Part shown: one piece after another, positions 1 through 10,000 of the stretch
Layout: every line of letters begins with the position of its first letter
Numbering within the stretch: the first letter of the stretch is position 1
Source: an uncultured Candidatus Saccharibacteria bacterium
GTDB lineage: Bacteria > Patescibacteriota > Minisyncoccia > Phycocordibacterales > UBA918
Assembly: GCA_964402035.1 (NCBI GenBank)
Contig: CAYOAM010000001.1
Coordinates: forward strand, 24,261-88,260
Reading direction: 5' to 3'
Length of the DNA stretch: 64,000 nucleotides
Position numbers and translations under genes: made by a program
Notes under the pieces: model-generated
Database searches by the model: none
The model's input: only the letters and a program-made list of their open reading frames with translations
What the model was told of the DNA's origin: nothing

Positions 1-336
1 TTCTATATCAGATTGTGTGATTTCTGAATCGGCTCGTGACGTGATCACTTCGCCGTGTGAGTGAATCTCATCAAGACCAATACCACCGATCGAAAGAAAG
101 GCTCGATGGATGGGTGCGCCAGCGGCTTTTTCAGCCTGTGATACTGCCGATCGTATACTCTTGATGACATCGGTTTCGTTGATGATGTAGCCATGACGAA
201 GACCGCGGGATTCGGCAAAACCGGTACCCACGATCTGGGGGAGCATCTTTGCTTCATTTCGTTTTGGTACACGAACGACCACTACTTTTACTTGGTAGGT
301 ACCAACGTCAATACCTGTGATGAGTCGCTCAGTCAT
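1..336 (-). CDS. ftsA: cell division protein FtsA, N-terminal part (gene runs off the window start)
   Basis: My own reverse-strand translation from the ATG at 336 gives MTERLITGIDVGTYQVKVVVVRVPKRNEAKMLPQIVGTGFAESRGLRHGYIINETDVIKSIRSAVSQAEKAAGAPIHRAFLSIGGIGLDE. This has the actin-like ATPase GIDVGT start and the FtsA-like layout. It is missing from the ORF track because there is no stop inside the window. Confidence 0.7.
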   Translation of the reverse strand, partial: MTERLITGIDVGTYQVKVVVVRVPKRNEAKMLPQIVGTGFAESRGLRHGYIINETDVIKSIRSAVSQAEKAAGAPIHRAFLSIGGIGLDEIHSHGEVITSRADSEITQSDIE

Positions 337-366
337 AAGAACACGAGCGTCTAGTGAGTGGTGCGT

Positions 367-744
367 TTAACCTAAACCGTACCGCTTTACATAGCGTAAC
401 TCGAGCTTCTCCATTGTATCGCTATGTGCGTGTCCTACCAAATGAAGTAATCCGTGGATAAATAGGTACCCAATGAATCCTTCGGTAGTCATGTGAAATT
501 TTGGCGCTTCTTTTGCAGCCTGTCGTGGGTTTATATATATTTCTCCCGTATTCTTATCGAGCGGAAAACTTAGAACATTTGGAATATATGTTTTATTCCG
601 ATACGTCTTATTGAGCGCGCGACTACGACGGTCGCCAACAAACACGAGTGAAAGATCATACTCTTTTCCCATGATATCAATCAAAATCCGCGCGAATGGT
701 ACGCGCGGTTTTGTTCGTGAGGTGTATTGAATAGTGATGGACAT
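367..744 (-). CDS. ybeY: endoribonuclease YbeY (rRNA maturation factor)
   Basis: 125 aa with the HGLLHLVGHAH zinc-binding motif (H-x3-H-x5-H) typical of YbeY/UPF0054. Confidence 0.85.
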   Translation of the reverse strand: MSITIQYTSRTKPRVPFARILIDIMGKEYDLSLVFVGDRRSRALNKTYRNKTYIPNVLSFPLDKNTGEIYINPRQAAKEAPKFHMTTEGFIGYLFIHGLLHLVGHAHSDTMEKLELRYVKRYGLG

Positions 745-760
745 TGCGCAGGGCTACCTA

Positions 761-1003
761 CTACTTGCGCACCGGTCGCTCTGGAATCTTACCGAGCTTC
801 ACATTTTCATCGTAGATCTCTTTGCGTTTGAGTGAACGAAGTTTTGCTTTCCGGTCAGAATTTTTTGACTTTATTCGCTCGTAGTATCTGCCGTTGCGCA
901 CCTTAGGAATAATACCCGCGTTCTGAAGACGCTTGGTAAAACGACGCACTAAGTTAGAAGTGCTCTCGTTTTGATTTTTGATTACTTCAATATTGATGGC
1001 CAT
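761..1003 (-). CDS. rpsU: 30S ribosomal protein S21
   Basis: 80 aa, very basic. LVRRFTKRLQNAGIIPKVRNGRYYERIKSKNSDRKAKLRSLKRKE matches the S21 pattern (RRF.R.....G......R..YEKP...RKR). Confidence 0.75.
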   Translation of the reverse strand: MAINIEVIKNQNESTSNLVRRFTKRLQNAGIIPKVRNGRYYERIKSKNSDRKAKLRSLKRKEIYDENVKLGKIPERPVRK

Positions 1004-1092
1004 GTGGGGATGAATATACCATGGGTAATATCGCTTCGCAACTGAGCCTCTTTGTATGAATCGTGGGGCGCTAGATGCGCATTCGTAAAACT

Positions 1093-1151
1093 GGACAGAG
1101 TATTTGTAAAAGCAACCCCAGTCCGTGAGCCCTTTTACAAATACTCTATCC
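1093..1151. repeat. 20-bp perfect inverted repeat (ggacagagtatttgtaaaag / cttttacaaatactctatcc) with a 19-nt loop, between the hisS-like stop and the rpsU start
   Basis: Read directly from the sequence. It is a possible terminator or leader structure on the minus strand. Confidence 0.6.
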
Positions 1152-1170
1152 GGTTTACCCCCTATAAAAA

Positions 1171-2361
1171 TTAGGCGTGGGCTGTTTTTCGGAGGTATGA
1201 GACCAAATTTGAGAGCGGGACATTCTCTTGTGAAGAGGAGCGCATATCGCGGACAATGACTGAATTTTCAACAAATTCCTTTTGTCCTAGTATGACCGTG
1301 AGCGGTACGTTGTGCCTTCGCGCTTGTTCAAGTTGTGCTGTAAGAGAGTCTGAGGAGAGCGATTGATAGACAGGTATAGCGGCTCTCTTGAGCTCTTCGA
1401 TGAGCGCAAGAGATCGCAGTTTTGGCCCAAAGCCCAGTTGTACAATATATACGAGCGGTGTCTCTCCTTTGTGTCGTGGGACACGAGCGGGCATAGGATG
1501 ATCTTTGAAGGTAACGACCGCACCGACTGCAGGGAGGTTCTTTTTTGTTGCGTGGTAGATAAATTCATCATACCGTCCACCGCGGACTGAAACATTGCTC
1601 TCTTCGGTGCGATCCGCATCTATATATGAGTCAATCGCAAATAGTGTTTGAGAGTAGCACTGATGGTGACCCAAAAGACGTGAGTCAATTTCGTAGGGAG
1701 TATTACTAAAATCAAGGTACTCTATAATCTCACGAAAATGTTTTCGACTCGTTTCATTTAGATATTCAAGAGAGCTGGGGCTTTTGGTACCAAGTTCGTG
1801 TCCGCGCTCGATAAGGTGCGCAAGGGCATACAGCACATGTTCTTTCATGAGTTCACGCGCCTGACCAGGCATGATGTCGAGCCTTTTCTTGAGGTAGTTG
1901 CCTAGTTCACGGCTATAGCGTGTCAAGGATTCACGATCGCCGAGCGAATTGATCCGCATCGAATGCTCGGTGAGGTTGAGATCATGGAGCAGTGAATGCA
2001 GTGTATGTATGAGCAGCGATTCCGCGATACTTTTTTCTACCCCCAATATTTGGAGCGACAATGCGATGTCTCCGGTGCGCGGTGTTTCTTCGATCGAATA
2101 AAAAAGCGCTGGTTCTCCCAGTCCATGAAAATTATGCTCCAGGTAGGCACATGCGCCACTCGTGAGTAGGCCCTGCAAAGCATCAAGTCGTCTTTGTGCA
2201 ACGAGGATCCGTGGTCCATCCGTCGTGCTCGCATTTTTGCATCGAGTGTCGTCTTTTACGTCTTCAAGTGGGCGAAAGCCAAAGTGGTGAGCGGTGTGTG
2301 TGGCTGCTTTGATAAAGTCAGTCGTCGTCGTCTCTCCTTTTTGTGCTGTCGCGGTGCTCAT
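1171..2361 (-). CDS. histidyl-tRNA synthetase family protein (class II aaRS), with an apparently divergent motif 2
   Basis: GGRYD motif (VRGGRYDEFI). The C-terminal anticodon-binding-domain pattern is present (LVYIVQLG...LIEELKRAAIPV...ARRHNVPLTVILGQKEFVENSVIVRDM). The INSLGD/...RYSREL region aligns with the HisRS insertion domain. The usual RPEGT and F-R-x-E...R-Y-R-x-F motif 2 residues are not seen (ALFYSIEETPRTGDIALS is in their place). Confidence 0.6.
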   Translation of the reverse strand: MSTATAQKGETTTTDFIKAATHTAHHFGFRPLEDVKDDTRCKNASTTDGPRILVAQRRLDALQGLLTSGACAYLEHNFHGLGEPALFYSIEETPRTGDIALSLQILGVEKSIAESLLIHTLHSLLHDLNLTEHSMRINSLGDRESLTRYSRELGNYLKKRLDIMPGQARELMKEHVLYALAHLIERGHELGTKSPSSLEYLNETSRKHFREIIEYLDFSNTPYEIDSRLLGHHQCYSQTLFAIDSYIDADRTEESNVSVRGGRYDEFIYHATKKNLPAVGAVVTFKDHPMPARVPRHKGETPLVYIVQLGFGPKLRSLALIEELKRAAIPVYQSLSSDSLTAQLEQARRHNVPLTVILGQKEFVENSVIVRDMRSSSQENVPLSNLVSYLRKTAHA

Positions 2362-2373
2362 TGTGTTGTTGTG

Positions 2374-3012
2374 TTAATTGTTGGTGGTAACGGTGCCTGG
2401 GAAAAAACTTGCTGAGGCTACGGGCAGTAGCCGCACTAGTGTCCTTCCAATAATCATATTGTCGCGTAACACTCCCCAGACCCGTGAGTCGGAGCTTGCA
2501 TTACGGTTGTCGCCCATGACGAAATATTCGTGCTCACCTAGCGTCTCCGTAATGAGACCATCTGGACGCATGTCCGCGATATAGGGCTCATCGAGCACAA
2601 ATCCATCCGGATGTTGTTCGTTTTTGATTGACACGGTGTTTCCCTGGATAGAGAGTGTGTCACCAGGAACACCGATGATGCGTTTTATAAAGAATTTTGA
2701 TGGGTCTTTAGGATATTTGAATACGATGACTTCACCGCGCTTTGGGTCATTGAAGTGATAGGTGAGCTGGTCGACGATCAAATATTGCCCGGTCCTAAAT
2801 GTGGGATCCATAGACGCACCCTGCACAATAAACGGTTGTGCAACAAACATGCGAATGGGCACCACAATGAGTAGTGCAACAAAGGTAAAGCGCAGTATTT
2901 CAATCAAAAAATTCTCTTCTTTTTTTGCAGGCGGCGTAGTCGGCGTGACAGGAGGAGTGTATGGTGTTTGTGGAGTAGGCGCTGTTGAAATAGGCTCCAT
3001 AAAATAATTCAA
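2374..3012 (-). CDS. lepB: signal peptidase I
   Basis: N-terminal TM segment, GASMDPTF (the S26 Ser box, SM-E/D-PT) and GDNRNASSDSRVWG (box E). Confidence 0.85.
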   Translation of the reverse strand: MNYFMEPISTAPTPQTPYTPPVTPTTPPAKKEENFLIEILRFTFVALLIVVPIRMFVAQPFIVQGASMDPTFRTGQYLIVDQLTYHFNDPKRGEVIVFKYPKDPSKFFIKRIIGVPGDTLSIQGNTVSIKNEQHPDGFVLDEPYIADMRPDGLITETLGEHEYFVMGDNRNASSDSRVWGVLRDNMIIGRTLVRLLPVASASFFPGTVTTNN

Positions 3013-3076
3013 GCGTCATTATATCCGCGAAAAGTGTTTGACACAAGCGTCATGCATGCGACACAATGACGACACT

Positions 3077-3658
3077 ATGTATATCATCTCTGGATTAGGA
3101 AATATGGGTAAGGAATATGTTGGCACGCGTCACAATATTGGTCGCACTATGGTGATGTCGTGGGTCATTGCACAGCACGGCGAGCTCGTCGCCGCAAAAC
3201 GATATTCTGGTTTGCTGTGGGAAGGTAGTGTCGGTGGAGAAACGGTGCGTGCGTTCGTTCCTGAATGCTATATGAATCAATCAGGAGGTCCTATTGGGAA
3301 AATTGTGACGAGTAAAAAGCAAGCAGCTACGCTCATGGTGGTGCATGATGATCTTGATCTACCGTTGGGTACGGTACGTGTCGCATTTGCACGTGGGGCA
3401 GGCGGTCATAATGGCGTGGCTTCAATTATAAAGTCTCTCAAGACTGATGCGTTTGTACGTATTCGCGTCGGTATTAGTCCTTCGGTGCGGGGGGTAATCA
3501 AAAAGCCAGTAGATGCAGATCACGTGCATGATTGGGTATTGGGCATGTTCTCAAAAAAAGAGCAGGGGATCCTCAAAGATGTTGAAAAAAAAGTGCACGC
3601 GTCACTTTCGCACATCGTCGAGAAGGGGGTAGAGTCTGCGATGAATACATATAATTAA
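3077..3658 (+). CDS. pth: peptidyl-tRNA hydrolase
   Basis: MYIISGLGNMGKEYVGTRHNIGRTM matches the Pth N-terminal signature (GLGNPG.EY..TRHN.G). The ORF is open from 3038, but the ATG at 3077 fits the family start. Confidence 0.85.
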   Translation: MYIISGLGNMGKEYVGTRHNIGRTMVMSWVIAQHGELVAAKRYSGLLWEGSVGGETVRAFVPECYMNQSGGPIGKIVTSKKQAATLMVVHDDLDLPLGTVRVAFARGAGGHNGVASIIKSLKTDAFVRIRVGISPSVRGVIKKPVDADHVHDWVLGMFSKKEQGILKDVEKKVHASLSHIVEKGVESAMNTYN

Positions 3659-3679
3659 AAAAGCAGCATGACACTATGG

Positions 3680-4096
3680 TCACGCTGCAGCTCCGTAGAT
3701 CGCGTCCTGGTAGATATTGCGGAGGGTCCGCAAAAGCGTGCAGGCAACATCATATGGGGTCACCTCATGATTTCTAATGATCAAGATGATGCCACGCCAG
3801 TTTGGGTATCTACGCCTGTGATCTTCTGCTCCTTTCCATGACGATTTGACCTGGATTCTAATGTCTCCGCGGTCCGTATGTGCCCAACCGTCGGTACCTC
3901 GTCTGTCCTCTGAATGGTTCGATACGGCCAAAGCGTGGAGCCAGAATGGCCGGTTTTGATAACTGTTCAAGAGAAGCGCTGCATCTTGAAACAGTGCTTC
4001 GGAATACCTCCCACGTGCATCTCGCACCTCTCGTTCACGGAGGTACGCAGTAACCTCCGCAAACTTTTTGCTGGGCTGCTTCAATTTTCGTCGCAT
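3680..4096 (-). CDS. hypothetical protein (138 aa)
   Basis: ORF between pth and rpsA with good coding density. It has a possible D...D-I-R-I-Q-V-K (PD-(D/E)xK-like) stretch. No family was recognised with confidence. Confidence 0.35.
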   Translation of the reverse strand: MRRKLKQPSKKFAEVTAYLREREVRDARGRYSEALFQDAALLLNSYQNRPFWLHALAVSNHSEDRRGTDGWAHTDRGDIRIQVKSSWKGAEDHRRRYPNWRGIILIIRNHEVTPYDVACTLLRTLRNIYQDAIYGAAA

Positions 4097-4140
4097 TGCT
4101 GCACCTCCTTTCTGACATCGTTATAACACGTTTTTGAAAA

Positions 4141-4178
4141 AAAGAAATACCGCGGCCTATCGGCCGCGGTATTTCTTT
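4141..4178 (-). terminator. Rho-independent terminator downstream of rpsA
   Basis: Perfect hairpin aaagaaataccgcggcc-tatc-ggccgcggtatttcttt. On the minus strand it is followed by a T-run (plus-strand gaaaaaaa at 4128-4140). Confidence 0.7.
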
Positions 4179-4188
4179 GTGTTCTCTT

Positions 4189-5310
4189 CTATTTCACATC
4201 TTTCGTCGAGAGTGTCATGCGGTGCTCTTTTGGTTCAAAGAGGGTGATCTTGAATCGGTATTTCTTGCCGAGTTCAAGTGCGTTGCGGAGTTCGGTTTCG
4301 CTTGTAAATTCAGAAATGTGTACGAGACCTGCAACACCTTCTTCGATTGATACCAGTGCACCGTGCTTGTTGTACTTGATGACCACACCGTCCACGGTTT
4401 GATCTTTCTTGTACTTTGAAGCAGCGAGTACCCATGGGTTTTCACGAAGCTGTTTAATCGAGAGTGAGATCTTGTCGTCTTTAACTTCGATGACTTTGAC
4501 ACGGACTTTGTCGCCAACCTTAAAGAGTGAACGAGTGTTTTCAACAAGTCCCCAGTCGATTTCAGAAATGTGTACGAGCCCTTCGAGTCCTTCTTCAAGT
4601 TTTACAAAGATTCCAAAATCAACAGCGCCGGTTACTTCTCCCTGAAGGGTATCGCCGACATTGTACTTGCTTACCTTTACCTCCTTCTCTTCTTTTTCCT
4701 GTGGACCCTTTTCAGAGAAGATCAGTTTACCTTCCTTTTGGTCGGCAGTGATAATGATCACATGGAGATGAGTGCCCACGAGAAGCTGCAGCTCAGAAAG
4801 AATCTTGTCTTTGTCTCCATCCTCGACACGTGGATAGTGCTCAGCCGCAAGTTGAGATGCCGGAAGGAATCCTGATACACCTTGCCAGTCGATGATGAGT
4901 CCACCCTTGTTTGCTTCTTTGACGACGAGGTCAAAGCCTTTCTTTTGCTTGACCGCCTCGTCAGCTTCACTCCAGATCAATGCTTGTCGCGCTTCCTTGA
5001 GAGAAAGTTCAATGTACCCATCCTTGTTTTTTGTTGTGACTACCTTCGCTGCAATGATGTCGCCCACGTTGACCTTGCGGAGGACGTCACGTGCATTCAT
5101 GTACTCACGTCCATAGATAAGACCCGTACCAAATGGTGGTAGGTCGACATATACGCGAGCGCGACCAATGGCTGCTACGGTTCCTTCAATAAGCTCACCG
5201 TCATTTGGTGGCATCGGTGTACCTTCAACAAAAGCGTCCATCATGTGGACGGGTTTCGGAGCCTCTACTTCATCATCAATAACCTCGGGGACCGTTTTAG
5301 TATCGGACAT
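4189..5310 (-). CDS. rpsA: 30S ribosomal protein S1 (four S1 domains)
   Basis: Repeated S1-domain signatures: GxxVxGxVxxIxDFGxFVxL and HISExxW, several times. The ORF is open to 5340, but MSDTKTVPEV at 5310 is the likely start. Confidence 0.85.
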   Translation of the reverse strand: MSDTKTVPEVIDDEVEAPKPVHMMDAFVEGTPMPPNDGELIEGTVAAIGRARVYVDLPPFGTGLIYGREYMNARDVLRKVNVGDIIAAKVVTTKNKDGYIELSLKEARQALIWSEADEAVKQKKGFDLVVKEANKGGLIIDWQGVSGFLPASQLAAEHYPRVEDGDKDKILSELQLLVGTHLHVIIITADQKEGKLIFSEKGPQEKEEKEVKVSKYNVGDTLQGEVTGAVDFGIFVKLEEGLEGLVHISEIDWGLVENTRSLFKVGDKVRVKVIEVKDDKISLSIKQLRENPWVLAASKYKKDQTVDGVVIKYNKHGALVSIEEGVAGLVHISEFTSETELRNALELGKKYRFKITLFEPKEHRMTLSTKDVK

Positions 5311-5524
5311 TATATATATGAGCAAGATATCGTTCCGCACCCCCGTGTCTCATGGCCGTATTCTCGGGCTCGGGATTAGCGACATCTTCTCGGGAACTAA
5401 TAATTAATTAACGGCACGAGTGTACCACTAAAAAAAAGTCTTGTCGAATCGCCGTTGAGCCCTCCATTTGTTGCAAAATATCTCACAGGGTATTCATGAC
5501 AGAGATGTTTAAATCGGGTATAGT

Positions 5525-6169
5525 ATGCACACTATGGTTATTACATATCACGGCTTGGAGTGTTTCAAAGTTTCGTTTGGCGATTTGACGCTTGCATTTA
5601 ATCCATTTTCTCGAGAGTCGGCAAAAAAGAATGGCCTCAAGGAGGTAAAATTTGGCGCTGACATTGTTTTTGTTACCACTAAACATCCTGATTTCAATAG
5701 TGTTGAACAGGTGACGTATGGCGAAAAAGTACCGTTTGTTGTTTCCGGTCCGGGTGAGTATGAGGTTGGGGATCTCAAGATTCGCGGTTTTGGTGTTCCA
5801 GTTAGGTACGACGGTGAGGACAGATTTAATACGGTGTATCAAGTTACGCTTGAGGGAGCCAATTTGCTCTTTCTTGGTGCTCTCTCGGATGGAAAACTCG
5901 ATTCATCGATTTTAGGTGCACTTGGGGAAATCGATATTATGTTTGTGCCGGTCGGGGGTGGGGAGGTTTTAGATGGTGCGATGGCGTCAGCGCTCGGTGT
6001 GAAACTTGAGGCGCGACTTGTGATTCCTATGCATTATGAAAATGACACCCTGAAAGCTTTTCTTAAGGAAGAAGGAGCGGATGGAAAAGCTCAAGATAAA
6101 TTGACGGTCAAGAAAAAAGATCTGTCGCTCATGGAAGGTGAAATCGCTGTCTTGACGACCGAACGCTAA
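5525..6169 (+). CDS. metal-dependent hydrolase, beta-lactamase-fold (UPF0173-like)
   Basis: 214 aa. The ITYHGLECFKV start, the internal DIVFVTTKHPDF and the C-terminal IPMHYEND are typical of MBL-fold Zn hydrolases of this family. Confidence 0.55.
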   Translation: MHTMVITYHGLECFKVSFGDLTLAFNPFSRESAKKNGLKEVKFGADIVFVTTKHPDFNSVEQVTYGEKVPFVVSGPGEYEVGDLKIRGFGVPVRYDGEDRFNTVYQVTLEGANLLFLGALSDGKLDSSILGALGEIDIMFVPVGGGEVLDGAMASALGVKLEARLVIPMHYENDTLKAFLKEEGADGKAQDKLTVKKKDLSLMEGEIAVLTTER

Positions 6170-6240
6170 TAACATGCTACGTGACTTGGAGCTTTGCCTC
6201 CAAGAGAAGTGCGATCGTTTGCAATATGCTGATGGTATAA

Positions 6241-6717
6241 TTGCCGTTATCTATGATACTTGAATACATTGAGCACATGCGGACAAAACCGCGCGCCGCA
6301 CGCAGTCGATTTGCATTTATGGTTGCTGCCGGAGTTACGTCACTTATCGCGCTGTTATGGGTTTTTACATTACCGGCAAAGTTTTCTTCGATTAGCGCAG
6401 TGACGCAGCAGGTTGAAAGTGACAGAACAGATGACGTTGCTGCATTGGGCGAAGCAGTAGATACAGCCAAGAGTGGACTGCAAGAAATAATGAATATGGG
6501 TGAACTGATGCCGAGTGCAGATCCACAGGTTGGTAGTGTGGCGGGGGAGCCGATACAGGGTGAAGTGTCTCCAGTTGACCCTGCGGCATTGCAACCTTTT
6601 TCATTGAGTGAGTCAACAGATCCTGATACGACAGCGGAAGTCCTCGCAAGTGAGCCCGCAGCTGCACCATCGGAAACACCACGACCAAGTGCACATAGTG
6701 AAGAGATCGTCTTTTAA
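6241..6717 (+). CDS. hypothetical membrane-anchored protein with an acidic/Pro-rich tail
   Basis: One TM segment (FAFMVAAGVTSLIALLWVFTL) followed by a low-complexity region. Confidence 0.4.
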   Translation: MPLSMILEYIEHMRTKPRAARSRFAFMVAAGVTSLIALLWVFTLPAKFSSISAVTQQVESDRTDDVAALGEAVDTAKSGLQEIMNMGELMPSADPQVGSVAGEPIQGEVSPVDPAALQPFSLSESTDPDTTAEVLASEPAAAPSETPRPSAHSEEIVF

Positions 6718-6757
6718 AATCAAGGCGCATTATGCTATGATGCCGCGTATCTAGACT

Positions 6758-9241
6758 ATGGCAAAAAAGGATAAAAACTTTGAAGATAAGGGTGTGCCAG
6801 CTGCTTTTGTGGAAACAAAAATGGTGGCACAAAATATTACCGACGAAATGCGTACGTCGTACCTTGACTACGCGATGTCGGTTATTACCCAGCGTGCGCT
6901 TCCTGATGTGCGTGATGGCTTAAAGCCGGTGCATCGTCGCATTCTCTATTCTATGCGCCTCAATGGCCTCACCGCCACTGCACGTTTTAAAAAGTCTGCA
7001 ACGGTTGTTGGAGATGTGCTCGGTAGCTTTCACCCACATGGTGACGTTGCCGTGTATGATGCAATGGTCAAACTTGCGCAAGATTTTACGACGCGCTACC
7101 CACTCATTTTAGGACAAGGAAACTTTGGATCAATCGATGGAGACTCGCCTGCTGCGTACCGCTATACGGAAGCAAAAATGTCACGACTTGCCGAAGAACT
7201 GCTTCGTGATCTTGAAAAAGAGACGGTCAACTGGCGCCCAAACTTTGACGGTACGAAGCGCGAGCCAGAAGTATTGCCCGCTGGTATTCCAAACCTGCTC
7301 CTTACGGGAACGTTGGGTATTGCGGTGGGTATGGCGACCAATATTCCGCCACACAACTTACGCGAGGTGGCGGATGCTACTGCACATCTTATTGATAATC
7401 CAAAAGCAACGACTGAAGATTTGTTGCAATTTGTGAAAGGTCCCGACTTTCCGATGGGAGGTATTGCTTTCAATCAAAAAGATATTGCACATGCGTACGC
7501 AAACGGTCGTGGGGGAGTTGTCGTGCGCGGTGAAGCGGAGATTGTGGAGGATAAAAAGGGAGCGTTTTCGATCATCATCACCTCGATTCCGTATCGTGTG
7601 AACAAGGCCGATATGCTTATGAAGATTGCAGACCTCGTGCGTGAAAAACGTATTGAGGGTATTCGAGATCTGCGTGATGAATCCACACGTGACATACGTG
7701 TGGTTGTTGAACTCAAAAATGGAGCGCAACCGCAGACAGTGCTAAATAAGCTCTATAAACACACGCAGCTCGAAGAAGCCTTTCATTACAACATGGTGGC
7801 ACTTGTCGACGGTATTCCTCAGACATTGTCTCTCAAGTCAATTTTGCAGTGCTACATTGCGCACCGTCAGGAAGTCATCCGTCGTCGCACCGAATTTGAT
7901 CTTCGGAAAGCAAAAGAGCGTGAGCATATTTTGCTCGGGCTCAAAAAAGCCCTCGATCATATCGATGAGATCATCAAGCTTATCCGTGCAGCAAAAGACG
8001 TACCGGCGGCACACGCAGCATTGATGCAGCGCTTCAAGTTTTCTGAACTTCAAGCGACCGCTATTCTTGATATGCGTTTGCAGAAGCTTGCCGGTCTTGA
8101 GCGCAAGAAGATTGAGGAAGAACTCAAAGAAGTGCAGGCACTGATCGAAGAGTTGCTTTCTATATTGAAAAGTGAAAAAAAGATGCTCACTATTATCAAA
8201 AAAGACCTGCTCGATATCGCCGAAAAATTTGGCGATGATCGCCGCACCAAGATTGTGAAAGGTGGGGTAAAAATGCTTAATCCTGAGGATTTGGTACCCG
8301 ACGAAGAGAGCGTGTTGGTGCTCACACAGGGCGGGTATGTAAAGCGCACCAATCCGTCTGAGTATCGTGCACAGCGTCGCGGTGGCGTGGGGGTTGTTGA
8401 TCTCAACACCAAGGAAGAGGATTTTGTCACCATGCTCCTCACGACTTCAACGCACAGTAATCTCCTGTTCTTTACGAATCGTGGAAAAGTATTTCAGACG
8501 AAGATGTACGAAATCCCTGAAGCAAAGCGTGCGACAAAAGGGAAGTCGATTATGAATTTCCTCTCGCTGACCGAAGCGGATCAAGTGACTTCGGTGAAGG
8601 CGGTACCAAAAGCACAAAATCATGCTGGACTCTCACTCATGATGGTCACGAGACAAGGTATTGCAAAAAAAGTTGCCGCGGAAAGTTTTAAAGATGTGCG
8701 CCAGAGTGGTCTTATTGCCATCTCACTACATGCCGACGATGCACTTATTGCGACACAGTTTGTAGAAAAGGGTGATGAGATGATGCTTGTGACATCGGGA
8801 GGACAGTCTATTCGTTTTAAAGAATCTGATATTCGTGAAATGGGCCGCGGCGCTGCGGGTGTTCGTGCGGTAAAGCTTGGAAAAAATGACTATGTGGTGG
8901 AGGCGCATATTGTGAAGAAGGACGAGAAGGATGCCACGATGCTGGTCGTTTCAGAAAATGGATACGGCAAGCGAACGCCACTCAAGGAATACAAAGTGCA
9001 AAAGCGCAGTGGTTCTGGTATCAAGACTGCAAAAGTGACGTCAAAGACGGGCAAGATTGTGGGGGGTCAGGTCTTGCATGCCGAAGATGTAGCGGAAGGG
9101 GAACTTGTGGTCATGAGCAAGAAAGGGCAGGTCATTCGACTTGCGCTCAAAGAAATCCCATCACTCGGCAGACAAACTCAGGGGGTACGGATTATGAAAT
9201 TGCGACCAGGGGACTCTATTGCTTCTGTGGTGTACTTCTAA
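6758..9241 (+). CDS. gyrA: DNA gyrase subunit A
   Basis: 827 aa. [30 protein letters not shown], and the active-site AAYRYTE tyrosine region. Confidence 0.95.
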   Translation: MAKKDKNFEDKGVPAAFVETKMVAQNITDEMRTSYLDYAMSVITQRALPDVRDGLKPVHRRILYSMRLNGLTATARFKKSATVVGDVLGSFHPHGDVAVYDAMVKLAQDFTTRYPLILGQGNFGSIDGDSPAAYRYTEAKMSRLAEELLRDLEKETVNWRPNFDGTKREPEVLPAGIPNLLLTGTLGIAVGMATNIPPHNLREVADATAHLIDNPKATTEDLLQFVKGPDFPMGGIAFNQKDIAHAYANGRGGVVVRGEAEIVEDKKGAFSIIITSIPYRVNKADMLMKIADLVREKRIEGIRDLRDESTRDIRVVVELKNGAQPQTVLNKLYKHTQLEEAFHYNMVALVDGIPQTLSLKSILQCYIAHRQEVIRRRTEFDLRKAKEREHILLGLKKALDHIDEIIKLIRAAKDVPAAHAALMQRFKFSELQATAILDMRLQKLAGLERKKIEEELKEVQALIEELLSILKSEKKMLTIIKKDLLDIAEKFGDDRRTKIVKGGVKMLNPEDLVPDEESVLVLTQGGYVKRTNPSEYRAQRRGGVGVVDLNTKEEDFVTMLLTTSTHSNLLFFTNRGKVFQTKMYEIPEAKRATKGKSIMNFLSLTEADQVTSVKAVPKAQNHAGLSLMMVTRQGIAKKVAAESFKDVRQSGLIAISLHADDALIATQFVEKGDEMMLVTSGGQSIRFKESDIREMGRGAAGVRAVKLGKNDYVVEAHIVKKDEKDATMLVVSENGYGKRTPLKEYKVQKRSGSGIKTAKVTSKTGKIVGGQVLHAEDVAEGELVVMSKKGQVIRLALKEIPSLGRQTQGVRIMKLRPGDSIASVVYF

Positions 9242-9464
9242 ATTGCGCATTCCGAAATCTCCAGCTGCTTCGTTGCTTTCCTCGCTCAAACACTCATCGA
9301 AAGGATTGCAGCATATGCTGCTGCCTCGTATCTTCGCTCGTCAGCGCCTTGCATCTGAAAATTTCTGAGATGCGCGTCGTTGTGGAATAGTTTGTGTCAA
9401 ACCGCCAGTGCAGTTGTGTACAGCGCTGGCGGTTTTTTAGTCTTCAAACGCGTATAATGTCCCT

Positions 9465-9995
9465 ATGGCTTTTCTTTTGCCCGAAGTTGTGGCAACACAC
9501 TTTCATGTGCGTCCGGGTGACGTCGTTGCCGACCTTGGTGCAGGGAGCGGGCATTTTGCACGCATTCTTTCTCGACTCACGGGTGATAAGGGAAAAGTAT
9601 TTGCGGTTGAAATACAAAAACAGCTTGCAGAAACACTTGCAGGTATTGCACGCTCAGAGCGCCTCCTCAATGTCGATGTCGTGTGGGGAGATCTTGAGGC
9701 GCTCAATGGCACAAAAATTACGGATCACTCGGTTGATATTGCACTCCTCATTAATACTCTCTCAATGCTCGATGATAAGGCGACAGCAATTCAAGAAATG
9801 TCGCGCATACTGAAGGTTGGTGGCAAGGCGATCATTGTCGACTGGACTGATTCATTTGGTGGTTTGGGACCCCAACCGCATATGGTTGTAGGTGAAGCTG
9901 CTGCGCGAGCACTTTTCGAAGCACAGGGCTGTGTGTACGAGCGGTCATTTCCTGCGGGGGATCATCATTACGGTATTTCATTGAGAAAAACATAA
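9465..9995 (+). CDS. class I SAM-dependent methyltransferase
   Basis: VADLGAGSGHFA (motif I, GxGxG) and VDWTD acidic motifs. 176 aa. Confidence 0.6.
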   Translation: MAFLLPEVVATHFHVRPGDVVADLGAGSGHFARILSRLTGDKGKVFAVEIQKQLAETLAGIARSERLLNVDVVWGDLEALNGTKITDHSVDIALLINTLSMLDDKATAIQEMSRILKVGGKAIIVDWTDSFGGLGPQPHMVVGEAAARALFEAQGCVYERSFPAGDHHYGISLRKT

Positions 9996-10000
9996 TTTCT

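Noticed and set aside
4409-5142. Several 70-100 aa plus-strand ORFs opposite rpsA
   Set aside because: They are antisense to a well-supported S1-domain gene. Spurious.
6758-9241. Numerous 60-130 aa antisense and overlapping ORFs inside gyrA, clpB, topA, infB and serS
   Set aside because: They are shadow ORFs of high-confidence long genes with no independent signals.
9394-9813. 139-aa ORF in an alternative frame over the methyltransferase gene
   Set aside because: The overlapping frame 9465..9995 carries clear SAM-MTase motifs. This one has none.
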